Numbered from the stretch's first letter, positions 35,354 to 45,785 are shown. The stretch is DNA of 64,000 bases from Pachysolen tannophilus NRRL Y-2460 (GCA_001661245.1 KV454015.1:310001-374000); one strand, 5' to 3'. Notes: a model not told the origin generated them from the sequence alone. Numbers and translations: made by a program.

Positions 35354-36665
35354 GCTGTTGCTGTTGCTGTTGCTGATGAACAAACAGCAGTTGTTGCAGT
35401 TGCTGCTGCTGAAATAATTGATAGTTCAATTGTCGTTGTTCCTCCATCATCGCTTCTTGGCGTTGATGTTCTTCTAAAGCTCTGTGCCTTTCCAGTTTCA
35501 GGTGCTGTTCGTATAAGGCCTGTTGCAGTTCTTGTTCCTGCTGCAGCTGCAGTTGCAGCATCAGTTTAAGCATTTTCTCTCTTTCTCTTTTTTCTTTATT
35601 TTTACGTTTCCGTTCTTCTTTTATTCGTTTTTCCTTTTCTTCTTCTTCGAATCTTATTCTTTCTTGTTCTTGTCTTTGAGCTTCTATTAGTTGTAATTCT
35701 TTTTCTCTTTGTTCTTCTAAATCAGGTACTATATTTTGTCTTCTAATATCAATACCTAGCTGGACAGGAGTTGGTAAATTGTATAACATTCTCTTGTCCT
35801 CGGAACCTGCATTTTTCGTATGAGATTGTTGAGACAGTGAAGAAGCTAGCGAAGTTCGTGGCAGTGGAAGTTGCAGTTGCAGAGGAGGTTGCAGTTGCAG
35901 TAGAGGCAGCGATGCCAGCGATGCCAGCAGCAGCAGCAGCAGATGATGGTGGTGATGGTTATGGTGTTGGTGATTAACATCTTCCAATTTGATAGGGTTT
36001 GTATTTGCCAAACTGTTGATGTTGGGTAACCTCGAAGACGACGATTGCTGTGATTGTTGTGATTGTTGCGGGTGTTGCGGGTGTTGCGTATGCTGCGGCC
36101 CGTTGTTATTCCCAGAACTATTATTTCTATTATCATTTATTGCCGTAGCAGCACCAGGAGTACTTTTGTTACCATTTCCAGCTCCAAAAGGCACAGGTCC
36201 AGGTACGGGCACAGGTCCATATGGAGAAGTTGCCGAGCCTAATGGAGGTAAATGGACCCCACTTCCAATACCTGAGGAGGAATGCCTGCTATGTGTTTGA
36301 GTATGAGTCTTAGGTTCTTGTTGTTGTTGTTGATGTTGATGCAGTGCAGCTGGACCTTTATCGCTACTGTTATGAACATCACTGCTTGGTGACAACAAGT
36401 TTGAGAGTCCCATTGTGGCCGACGAGTTTGAAGGCCTTGTAAAAGAATTTAATAGAGAAATTGGAGCCAACCTAATACCAGATCCCGAACCAGATCCAGG
36501 ACCAGACGCTTGTCCAGACCCTGAACCGCTGTTATTGGCGGTTCCATTATCTTCATTATTCCCATTCGAATTATTCTTCCCAACATTCCCAGAAACGTTG
36601 CCCTGTGAAATAGAAGGCAAGCGCACACCACTGCTTGTGTTATTATTGAGCGGTAATTGAGACAT
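33918..36665 (-). CDS. RXT3: Rpd3L histone deacetylase complex subunit Rxt3 with a long low-complexity N-terminus
   Basis: IWGTDIYTDDSDIVSILYHCG, YQGSYRNNYNSRSW..HDG and FPRKHLGSIIY; near RPL31 as in S. cerevisiae. Confidence 0.88.
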
Positions 36666-37151
36666 TTCTTTTAAATCATATAATTATTTCTAGTGCGATG
36701 ACCAACAACAATTTAATAGAGCATCGAGTTTTTCAATAATAAAATAAAATTAGTTTAAAGAAGAAATAAAAAAAATAGAAAAAATATATTAGCAAATTAA
36801 ACAATTGAATATGGATTCAATCCAATTTTAATTTAAATTAATCAATTCTTTTTATCAATGATTGATTGATTGATTGATAATAATAATAATAAAAACAATA
36901 ATAATAATATTATTATTATTATTTTAACTATATTGACTATTTTAGCTTCAGTTTTTAAAGATTAATTTTTAAAATAAACAAAAAATTTTTGTTTTCAGGC
37001 GCTAACAAAAATTGATAAAAATGAATTGAGAAGTTGAGCGCACGACTATTGATTCTCAGTAGGGTGTTTAACAAAAGTATTGAATTTAATGGAATCTTAT
37101 CAGTAAGAGATAAAAGATAGATAAATGGATAGATAGATAGATAAAGAAGGT

Positions 37152-38528
37152 ATGTCTAGGTATCCGACATTACTTAATTCTAGTACGTTTATTTCGTTGC
37201 CTAGTGATGATGATGAAGATTTTTTAATGGAGGAACTTTCTGTTAAAGGTTTGGTTAATGTAATAAATAATAAAATTGATAATCAATTAAATAAATATTT
37301 AAAAATTTGTTCTTATATACGGGGACTTTTACTTTCTGTTGAAGGAGCAAAATTATCTTTAAAAGAGATTTTAAAAATTTGGGAAATTCGATTATTATGT
37401 TTATTATTTTTCAGTAATAATGAACCAATTGAATTAAACTTAAAAAATTTAAAAAATGAAATTATTTTATTTAAGATAGATAATGTTTCTATATTAAGGA
37501 AAGAAGTTCAACTTTTAATTCCTGAACTTTATAAGATTAATAAGTTAAGAAAACAACATGGTAATTCAGTTAGTACTGATCAATTCCCATCAGAAGTATC
37601 AATATCATTTAAATTTTTATTATTAAGATTAAGGTATGGACCAAATATTTCATTTATAAATGAATATTATAATCAACTTTGGATTCTTAGAAGTCGATAT
37701 ATACAAATAGATGATGACAATGAAAAGATTGAAATTAATAAGTCAATGGAAAATTTATCATTTAGTATAAGTAGTATTCTTATTGCTAGGCAAGAATATT
37801 TAACAGCAAATAATTTTATAATTTCTATAATTTTTGAAATTGAATCTTCCAATAATAATAATAATAATAATAATGATAATCTGATTATAGGATTGAAATA
37901 TATTTCGAATTTAATGTTATTATCATCAATTGTTTCAATAATGAAGATTAATAAAGAGAAACAAGTACAAAGTCCCAAGATTTTACAATCAACATCTTCA
38001 TTTTCCAAGCAAGATCAAGATCAAGATAAAGATCAAGAACTGCAACTGCAACTGCAGGCTTTTGAATTAACAGATAAAACTTCTAGTGATTCAAGTACAG
38101 TTCCAACCCATTACTCGAAACTGTTTAAATTATTCACTTCAATAAAAGATACTTACCCTTTTATAAAACTAATAAAAGTACTAACCAAGACATCCCTGAT
38201 ATATAACGATCCAAGTTCTTTCCCATTAAAACCAGAAGAAATCGGTTTAACTTGTGAAAAAGGATCTTCACCTGAACAAGTTTATACTTTAAATAATTTC
38301 CTCAAGATATTAACAATGGTTGATGATTTTTTAATAACTGGAAGAATTTTATGTTCTATATGTGCCGAGTTTGAATTACTGAACGATTACGGAGAAGAAG
38401 AAGAAGAAGAAGAAGAAGAAGTTGACCAGATAACTGGTCAAAATATTGATCAATTGCTTGAAAAATCACTACTAAAGATTCAAAAAAATTGGTGGTCAAA
38501 TGATTCCAAGTACTATGGGTTTGAATGA
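37152..38528 (+). CDS. Uncharacterised helical protein (weak resemblance to fungal TRAPPC12-like N-terminal region)
   Basis: 458-aa ATG-initiated ORF with coding-like composition; WEIRLLCL and FKFLLLRLR segments. Family assignment uncertain. Confidence 0.6.
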   Translation: MSRYPTLLNSSTFISLPSDDDEDFLMEELSVKGLVNVINNKIDNQLNKYLKICSYIRGLLLSVEGAKLSLKEILKIWEIRLLCLLFFSNNEPIELNLKNLKNEIILFKIDNVSILRKEVQLLIPELYKINKLRKQHGNSVSTDQFPSEVSISFKFLLLRLRYGPNISFINEYYNQLWILRSRYIQIDDDNEKIEINKSMENLSFSISSILIARQEYLTANNFIISIIFEIESSNNNNNNNNDNLIIGLKYISNLMLLSSIVSIMKINKEKQVQSPKILQSTSSFSKQDQDQDKDQELQLQLQAFELTDKTSSDSSTVPTHYSKLFKLFTSIKDTYPFIKLIKVLTKTSLIYNDPSSFPLKPEEIGLTCEKGSSPEQVYTLNNFLKILTMVDDFLITGRILCSICAEFELLNDYGEEEEEEEEEVDQITGQNIDQLLEKSLLKIQKNWWSNDSKYYGFE

Positions 38529-38560
38529 ATAAATGAATAAATATTCAATAGACTCTCTTC

Positions 38561-38593
38561 TTAGGGTTACTAACCCTAACCCTAAAACCCTAG
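38561..38593. promoter_or_regulatory. Palindromic TTAGGG (Tbf1-type) element upstream of RPL31
   Basis: TTAGGGTTA-C-TAACCCTAA inverted repeat plus two more ACCCTA units, about 440 bp upstream of a ribosomal protein gene ATG. Confidence 0.7.
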
Positions 38594-38804
38594 ATGTTGT
38601 TATGCTCTTATGTTTTTGTTTCCAGCAGTCACAATTGCGAACTTCCGTTTCAGGTAATGGGAGAAATAAGCGATCTGCCAATTTTCTTCTTAACCTGCTA
38701 GTGAGTTAAGGTTTTTTATTTTTTACATTTTTTGCACTTTTTCCATTAATTAATTAATTATGGTTAAGATTTTTTCCCGTGCAAATAAATCCTTACCAAA
38801 TTCG

Positions 38805-38844
<40 letters not shown>

Positions 38845-39020
38845 TTTTTTCACACAAAAAATCTTGAAAAATTGAAAATTTGAAAAATTCTATTGTGTGT
38901 TCACCTGTATAATATTATTAAAACAACCTTTTTATTATATTTTTAATTCTTCCTTATTTTTTTTTTTTTTAAAATTTTTTAAAGAATATTTTATATATCC
39001 ATCATTCAAAAGGATTAAAA

Positions 39021-39650
39021 ATGTCGACAAACAAGAGATCATCTTTGAAAGAGGTTGTTACCCGTGAATATACCATTAACTTACACAAGAGAGTATGTGT
39101 GATATTTTTATAATAATTTATTTTATTTTATTTTTTATTTTTTAAATGAGAGTAAAGTGAAAAAAAAAAAATACTATTAGGGAATTAAAGATTGAATGAA
39201 TATATGTTTATTTTTCTGAAAAGTGTTGAATCATTAATCTCTCAGATAAAATAAAAAATTTTTTATTTTTTAATTCTCGAATGATTTGGAATTTAAACAA
39301 GTTAGTTTTTTTATATGTTTTATTTGATATTTGTACTAACAACAACAAAAAAATTTTTATTTTAGTTACATGGTATTCAATTCAAGAAAAGAGCTCCAAG
39401 AGCTGTTAAGGAAATCAAGAAATTTGCTAAATTGCACATGGGTACAACTGATGTTAGATTAGATCCAAAATTAAATATTGAATTATGGAAAAGAGGTATT
39501 CAAGGTGTTCCTTACAGATTGAGGTTAAGAATTTCAAGAAAAGTTAATGAAGAAGAAGACGCAAAGGAAAAATTATTCTCATTTGTTGAACCGGTTAATG
39601 TTCCATCGGTTAAAGGTTTGAACACTGTTGTCGTTGAAGATGAAGAGTAA
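39021..39650 (+). CDS. RPL31: 60S ribosomal protein eL31; exons 39021-39092 and 39366-39650 (118 aa)
   Basis: Exon 1 [24 protein letters not shown], exon 2 [27 protein letters not shown]...; GTATGT/TACTAAC/TAG intron. Confidence 0.97.
39093..39365 (+). other. Spliceosomal intron of RPL31 (273 nt)
   Basis: GTATGT at 39093, TACTAAC at 39334-39340, TTTAG ending at 39365; phase 0. Confidence 0.95.
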
Positions 39651-40566
39651 ATAAAAGCAAAATTATAAATTATATTATATAATTAAACCCAAAAAAATAA
39701 ATAAATATTAAGTGTGTTTTCGTACTTTTTTTTTTTTCTTCATCTCTTTTTTAATCTTGTTATAATAATAATATATATTGGGACTTTGAAAGAGATTTGT
39801 AATAATCTATCTTTTTAATAGAGGTTTATATAAAAATGTCATTAAAAAAAAAGTAAAGGGCAAGTACAAGTCTACATTTGATTTCAAGAATATTAAAACT
39901 GGTTTTTTTTTTATTATAGTTTTTAAGTATAAAAAGAAGAAAATTTGAAAACTAGTAAAAAAGTTTGTTAGTATTAATGTTAATTGTAAATTTAGAACAA
40001 GATTTAATTCTTCTAATGGGGAAAAAGTATATGAAAAACAATTAAAACAATTAAAAAAAAAATAAAACTCCTTCACTCCCTCCTCCTTCCTTTTTGAAAG
40101 ACCAATTGTAGTTATTTTATGGATCAGTGTAACTATGACAAAATTACCAATCATTACAAAAAAGAGATATACCAAGACGGTAATACTCATATTTAATTTT
40201 GCTCACTAATGGTAAAAAAAAAATAAAGTTATCATCATATCTAAAATCTCTCTTTAATGCATTTTCTACTCGTTTTTCCTCTAAAAAAAAATCCCATTCT
40301 AAATTAAAAAAATCAATACAATTACACTTACATTTACCTTCTTTTTGATTGATTAAAAAAAACCATTGATAATTTAAATAAATATTATATATATATTCTA
40401 AAAATTAGAAAAGAAATTTTTTTTCTCTTGTTTTTAACTTTTTTTCTCATTTAAATATTTTTTAAATGAAAAAAAAAAAATTTTTTTTTTTTTGCCGTTT
40501 TCGGTTTTTGAGTGAAATTTCAACGACTTTCTATGTTGAGTTTCTCTCACTTTGTGAGTTTCTTCT

Positions 40567-41610
40567 TCATATATGTGACATTTCAAGTCTATTTTTTCTA
40601 CTTGGGATTTCTATTCTTTCTCCAAATCCTGGTTCATTGTTTCTTTTAAGATCGAAATTCTCATCAAACCAGTCAACCATTTCCACTGTTGATTTCAAGT
40701 CCATTAGTTGTAAATGTAAGGCTTTATCGATTTGACCTTCTAACATACAATCCATATGATGTTGTAAAAGTCTAAATGGTAATCCATATGAAGAAGCTAA
40801 ATCCCAAAATTTTTCAATAGCTCCCCATGGGGTCTTGGAGAAACCAGCAAATAGTGCTGGGTTCAGTAATATTCCTCTAACAGCCATAATACCATCAGCA
40901 TTAGTATAATTTGCTATCTTATAGGCATCTTCTAATGAAAAACAATCACCATTTGCAACAACGGGGCAACTAACATTTTCTTTAATTAATTTTATTGCAT
41001 CAAAATTTGCTGGTTGTGAAGACCTTGTTGTCTTTGTTCTTCCATGAACTGTAATAAAATCAACACCTGCTTTTTCTATAATTTTAGCAAATCGTACAGT
41101 TTCTTGTAAATCATCATGAATTCTAATTTTTGTTTCCATACATAATTTATCTCCATATTTTGATTTTACTGCAGAAACAAGTTCTGCAACTTTTTCAGGT
41201 GTTGACATTAAAGCTGCACCAATTCCTTCTCTAACTTGTTCTTTAACAGGACATCCACAATTTAAACCTATACCATCAACATAAGGATAAATCATTTCAC
41301 ACATTCTTAATAAATCAGTTACATTATTACAACCTATTTGTACAATTAATGAACGATCTCTTTCATTTGTTGTAAAATCAGAATATCTAGCAATATCATT
41401 TCTAACAAATTCTCTAGCAAGAATCATAGGTGAATAAACAATATCACATTTATATTGTCTTAACAACTCTCTAAATGGTAATTTCGAATACCGAACCATA
41501 GGACCAGCAATAAATGCAGGTCTTTTCTCTTTCTTACATCTAGCCAATATAGCTAATGGATTATGTTCTGGATTCCTCAGTGGTAGTGTAGAAAGATTTG
41601 GTTCAATCAT
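40567..41610 (-). CDS. DUS4: tRNA-dihydrouridine(20a/20b) synthase
   Basis: AGPMVRYSKLPFR, LNCGCP, GIGAALM, ITVHGRT and VANGD motifs; ATG (MIEPN) at 41610. Confidence 0.93.
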   Translation of the reverse strand: MIEPNLSTLPLRNPEHNPLAILARCKKEKRPAFIAGPMVRYSKLPFRELLRQYKCDIVYSPMILAREFVRNDIARYSDFTTNERDRSLIVQIGCNNVTDLLRMCEMIYPYVDGIGLNCGCPVKEQVREGIGAALMSTPEKVAELVSAVKSKYGDKLCMETKIRIHDDLQETVRFAKIIEKAGVDFITVHGRTKTTRSSQPANFDAIKLIKENVSCPVVANGDCFSLEDAYKIANYTNADGIMAVRGILLNPALFAGFSKTPWGAIEKFWDLASSYGLPFRLLQHHMDCMLEGQIDKALHLQLMDLKSTVEMVDWFDENFDLKRNNEPGFGERIEIPSRKNRLEMSHI

Positions 41611-41948
41611 ATTAATACCCAATAATGATTTATCTTGTGAAAATAATAATCTACCAAGATGGAAAAACCTAAATGACTTTTTATATAATAAAAATAACAC
41701 TTTCAACAACAACAACAACAACAACAACAAACGAAAAAAAAAAAAAAAAAATTTAACTGATAAGAATAAGAAACCTACGAATAAACAAAAAAAAAGACAA
41801 CAAATATGAAAGAAGAAAAGAAAGAAAAAAAATTAAAATTAAAATTAAATTAAGATAATACTTTAAAAGATTAACATTAATCAAAAATGGGTTTCCTCTT
41901 TAGGTAACTGTATGCGATGTCTTCTCGGAAAAACAAAATTGCAAAAAA

Positions 41949-42264
41949 AAAATTTTAAGATGAGCTAAAAAAGGTAGTGCGCAACAGCAAACTATTAAAG
42001 AAACTCAAAGTCGTGTGTGATAAGGCTGTATTGTCCTGAAACGGAAATTTTTATATAATACACTGTCTTTCTTTCTTCAACTTCTAGGTCGTGCGTTATA
42101 TATTGGTATCTTCTAAAACAGGAAATTTTTGCTTTCTTTTGTATCTGCTCGTATAAGTGGTGTGGATGGTGTGAGTGGTGTGAGGTGTAGCGTTTTGAAT
42201 TTTTTTTCTTTTTTTTTCTTTCTTTTGGTCCGCTCATCTCTAGAGGGAAGGAAGTGAAAAATTT
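41949..42264. promoter_or_regulatory. PAC and RRPE motifs in the divergent DUS4/DUS3 promoter
   Basis: AAAATTTT next to GATGAG (41959-41964); GCTCATCT (42232-42239) next to TGAAAAATTT (42255-42264). These are typical ribosome-biogenesis regulon motifs. Confidence 0.65.
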
Positions 42265-42349
42265 CTGTCGGGCGGTAGAATGGTTCAAGAGTATTAATGA
42301 ACGTGAATTAATTTTTTTTTTTTTTAGTGGTGTTCAGTTTCGTTAGAGG

Positions 42350-44173
42350 ATGTCATTAGAAGTTTCGCAAGATATGTCAGGTGAGGGTTTGTCTCTTAAA
42401 AGACTGGGTTCAGTGACGGAAGAAGTTGGAGCTGTACTGATTAAAAAACAACGTCTGGATCAAGTTTCTGAGGGTGGTATTAAAGATAAGGGTATTGCAT
42501 TGATTAAGCCTGAATTTATTCTTGAAAAGCAAGAGAATATAATAAGTTATGACGATGATGAAGCTGAATCTGCTAAAATGAAGCCAAGCAATAAAGGTGA
42601 TAATGATAGCAATCGTAATGATAGTAATCGTAATGGTAGTAATTCAAATGAAAGTAAGAGAAGTAAAAGGGGAAGAGGTCAAAATAAAAATCGAGATTTA
42701 AAACAAGAACATGAAGAGATAAGATTGTGTTCTTCGTTAGTTGATCCAGAAGACAACTCGAAGGTTTGTAGGTTTGGTCCTGAAAAATGTCGAAATGAAC
42801 ATGATGTTACCAAATACCTTTTGAATAAACCATCAGATATTCCAGGAATTTGTCCAGTTTTCCAAGTAATTGGATATTGTCCAGCAGGTTTGAAATGTAG
42901 ATGGTTAAATTCACATTATGACAAGGAACATAATAGACTAATCAAGGGAAAAGATTTTACAAAAGAAGAATTAGATGATACTATGAAGTTAAAAGAAGAA
43001 ATTAATTGGATTAACCCAAGAGATAAAATGTTATTACAGAAAAAAAAATTTAATTTTGAAATATCAGAAAAATATATTCCATATTTAGATTCACTTGTAC
43101 AATCTGAAGCTACACCTTCTAAAAAAGAATTGGAAGATCAAGGTAAGACTCATCAAGATTTTAGAAAAGAAAATGAAGCACAATATATTGAAGCACCATT
43201 TAAAATTGGTGAAAAGAAAAAATTATATTTGAAAAAAGCCAAGATTCTTTCACCCTTAACAACTGTTGGAAATTTACCATTTAGAAGATTAATGAAAACT
43301 TTAGGTGCAGATGTAACTTACTCTGAAATGGCATTAGCCTTGCCACTTTTACAAGGAAATAATTCTGAATGGGCACTTCCAAAAGCTCATAAGTCTGAAT
43401 ATCCTGGTTTTGGTGTACAAATAGCTACTTCAAAACATTGGCAAGCAGCAAAAGCTTGTGAAGCTATTTCAAAATTTACTCCAAACGTTTCAGAGATAAA
43501 TCTTAATTGTGGTTGTCCAATTGATTTGTTATATAGACAGGGTCAAGGATCTGCATTAATGGAACAGCCTCCAAGGTTATTAAGAATTTTGGAAGCCATG
43601 AATGCTTGTTCTAATGATATACCTATCACTGTTAAATTAAGAACTGGAACCAAGCAAGGACATTTGGTAGCAGATAACATTGTTAAAAGAGTAGTTGATG
43701 CAAATGTTGCAAGTGCTATAACTTTGCATGGTAGAACAAGACAGCAACGTTATACAAAAGAAGCTGATTGGGATTATATTGCAAAAATTGGTAGTATAGT
43801 TAAAGAGACAAATGAAGAAATGCTAGATAATAAAGATTTAACTGATAGATCTGAACCTGTTTGGTTTATAGGTAATGGTGACTGCTTTAATTATGAAGAT
43901 TGGTATAAAGCAGTAGAAACTCCTGGAATTGATAGTGTAATGGTTGCTAGGGGTGCCTTGATCAAACCATGGATTTTTGAAGAAATTGAAGCTCAACAAT
44001 ACTTGGATAAATCAGCTTCAGAAAGATTATCAATTTTAGAAAAATATGCAAAATTTGCCGTTGAACATTGGGGTTCTGATGAGTTTGGTATAAACAATGC
44101 AAGGCAAGCTGAAAGCTTATCAAAAGATTACGAAGAAGTTAATAACGAAGTTAAATCCAAGAAAAAGGCTTAA
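42350..44173 (+). CDS. DUS3: tRNA-dihydrouridine(47) synthase Dus3 (aa 1-585) fused in frame to a 22-aa Yet3/BAP31-type C-terminal tail
   Basis: CCCH fingers, LSPLTTVGNLPFRR, LNCGCPID, TLHGRTRQQRYTKEADW, VMVARGALIKPW and EHWGSD; then an abrupt switch to QAESLSKDYEEVNNEVKSKKKA. Confidence 0.93.
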   Translation: MSLEVSQDMSGEGLSLKRLGSVTEEVGAVLIKKQRLDQVSEGGIKDKGIALIKPEFILEKQENIISYDDDEAESAKMKPSNKGDNDSNRNDSNRNGSNSNESKRSKRGRGQNKNRDLKQEHEEIRLCSSLVDPEDNSKVCRFGPEKCRNEHDVTKYLLNKPSDIPGICPVFQVIGYCPAGLKCRWLNSHYDKEHNRLIKGKDFTKEELDDTMKLKEEINWINPRDKMLLQKKKFNFEISEKYIPYLDSLVQSEATPSKKELEDQGKTHQDFRKENEAQYIEAPFKIGEKKKLYLKKAKILSPLTTVGNLPFRRLMKTLGADVTYSEMALALPLLQGNNSEWALPKAHKSEYPGFGVQIATSKHWQAAKACEAISKFTPNVSEINLNCGCPIDLLYRQGQGSALMEQPPRLLRILEAMNACSNDIPITVKLRTGTKQGHLVADNIVKRVVDANVASAITLHGRTRQQRYTKEADWDYIAKIGSIVKETNEEMLDNKDLTDRSEPVWFIGNGDCFNYEDWYKAVETPGIDSVMVARGALIKPWIFEEIEAQQYLDKSASERLSILEKYAKFAVEHWGSDEFGINNARQAESLSKDYEEVNNEVKSKKKA

Positions 44174-44560
44174 ATGTCAAAAAGAAACCAGTTTTTCTTT
44201 TTCTTTTTTTTTTTTTATTTTAATTTTTATCTTTTATGAGATATAATTAAGAGTTTGATAAATAATTTTATTATTAAATTTATTGATGCACTTTTTAATT
44301 TTGTTTTCTTATTCTCTTGATTCAGAAGAATAAGAATTACTTTTATGTTTTGGTTCAAATGAAAATCCTTTACCAGCTGGACCTAAAAACATTTCAGATA
44401 TTTTAATCCAATCTTTGTAATCACTTGAGCCTAACAACGTTTCTAATTCATTTCTTCCTTTCCACAGAGGTGGTCTTTCATTTAACTTTGGTGGAAGCCT
44501 TTCTAAGATACCAATTGGAATATATCTATGAGTAAAAGACATGAATTCACATAAAAATCT
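44105..44560. other. Inverted segment carrying the 3' ends of DUS3 and YET3 and their intergenic region (breakpoints +/- a few nt)
   Basis: Reverse-complementing this segment gives ...[15 protein letters not shown]... (complete Dus3) and ...AILKE-QAESLSKDY...KKKA (complete Yet3). Confidence 0.9.
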
Positions 44561-45190
44561 TTCTTTTAATATAGCAATAGTATCATTTCTCTCTCCTAAA
44601 GTACGCTTCAATGAAGCAACCTCGTCGCTATCAACACTCGAACGCTTTTCAGCAGAAGTAGCTTGATCTTTAACAAGTAACAATTCAGCAACTAAAGCAT
44701 AAGTTCTATTTAATATCAACGTCAAAAATAAAGTAAACCCGCATAGATACATATTTCTTTGAGCATAAAACTTTCTGGCTTGAATCTCTGCCCTACTATC
44801 TGGTGCAATAGCCGAAGGAATGATACCACTAGTGATTCCACCACCTTTACTGGAAGGACCCAACTCTGCTGTAACTCTAAAGACTCTATTGACGGAATCA
44901 ATGAATAGAACTAGTATGAAACCTAATATGCATCTGAATGCAATTTGAACCTCTTGAGAACGCAAAGGCTTACTAACCGTTGAGAGCAATGGTCTTCTAA
45001 ATCTTCTAGGTAATGGTAATGATAGAAGAGTGAAGAGTCCCATTTCAATTACCAATAGAGAAAATACCTAAAATATACATAACAATTGACAATAACATGT
45101 TAATAATGCTTCCTTCACAATTATTTTCGAAATCAAAAAAAAAAAAAAAAAAAAAACTAAGAAACTTACTAAACTGTAATACAACGCCAT
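44309..45190 (-). CDS. YET3: BAP31/Yet3 ER membrane protein (aa 1-176; exons 45190-45170 and 45067-44309) fused in frame to the 83-aa Dus3 C-terminus
   Basis: Spliced start [55 protein letters not shown]; then [47 protein letters not shown]. Confidence 0.9.
45068..45169 (-). other. Spliceosomal intron of YET3 (102 nt)
   Basis: GTAAGT donor at 45169, TATTAAC branch-like site at 45105-45099, TTTAG acceptor ending at 45068; phase 0. Confidence 0.85.
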
Positions 45191-45785
45191 TTTTCTTTTC
45201 TTTGTTGCTTTTCCTTTAATTCACTATCAGTATACTAGATCAAACAATATAATAACGAGTAGACGATGGCAAAAAGAATATAATGAGCAGAGTTATTAAA
45301 TGAAGTGATGACTAGTTCATATTAAATGCAACTATAGATAGCAAGTAAAATCAAAATGTCCTAAACGGGACATTTTGGACCATTTAAGTACTACGGCTAA
45401 CATCTTGCACCATTTGCACCATCTACACCATTTGAATCAGTTATGCCGTTTACATCAGTTTTACGGTAAAAAGTAATTCACCATTTGAGTATATTCCATT
45501 ATAAATCTACTTGGAATAATTTTTTGTAACTCTTTTACTTTATAGAAATTTCCGAAATGACTCAATCAAATGTATATGTATTATCTTCTGCCTATTTTGC
45601 AGAAGTATAGATTAATTAAAATTATCAATAAAAAATAAATAAGTTATATATGGAAATGCAAAAGTGAAAGCAAATAAAAAAAAAAAGAATAACAATAACA
45701 ACCAAAGAATGTAACATTAATAAAGAATAGCTTTTTTTTTTTGTCTCTTTCATGTAAAACCAGAGTCTAAAATATAAATATAAAA

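Noticed and set aside
38561..38593. Telomere or interstitial telomere remnant
   Set aside because: Only about four units, arranged as a palindrome in a ribosomal protein promoter; better explained as a Tbf1-type site.
39807..40190. 127-aa minus-strand ORF between RPL31 and DUS4
   Set aside because: Phe/Leu/Lys-rich composition typical of AT-rich intergenic DNA; no homology recognised.
44099..44570. Splicing or recombinase sites that would repair the DUS3/YET3 swap
   Set aside because: No canonical donor, branch or acceptor at the junctions, the tails are on opposite strands, and no flanking inverted repeats are visible.
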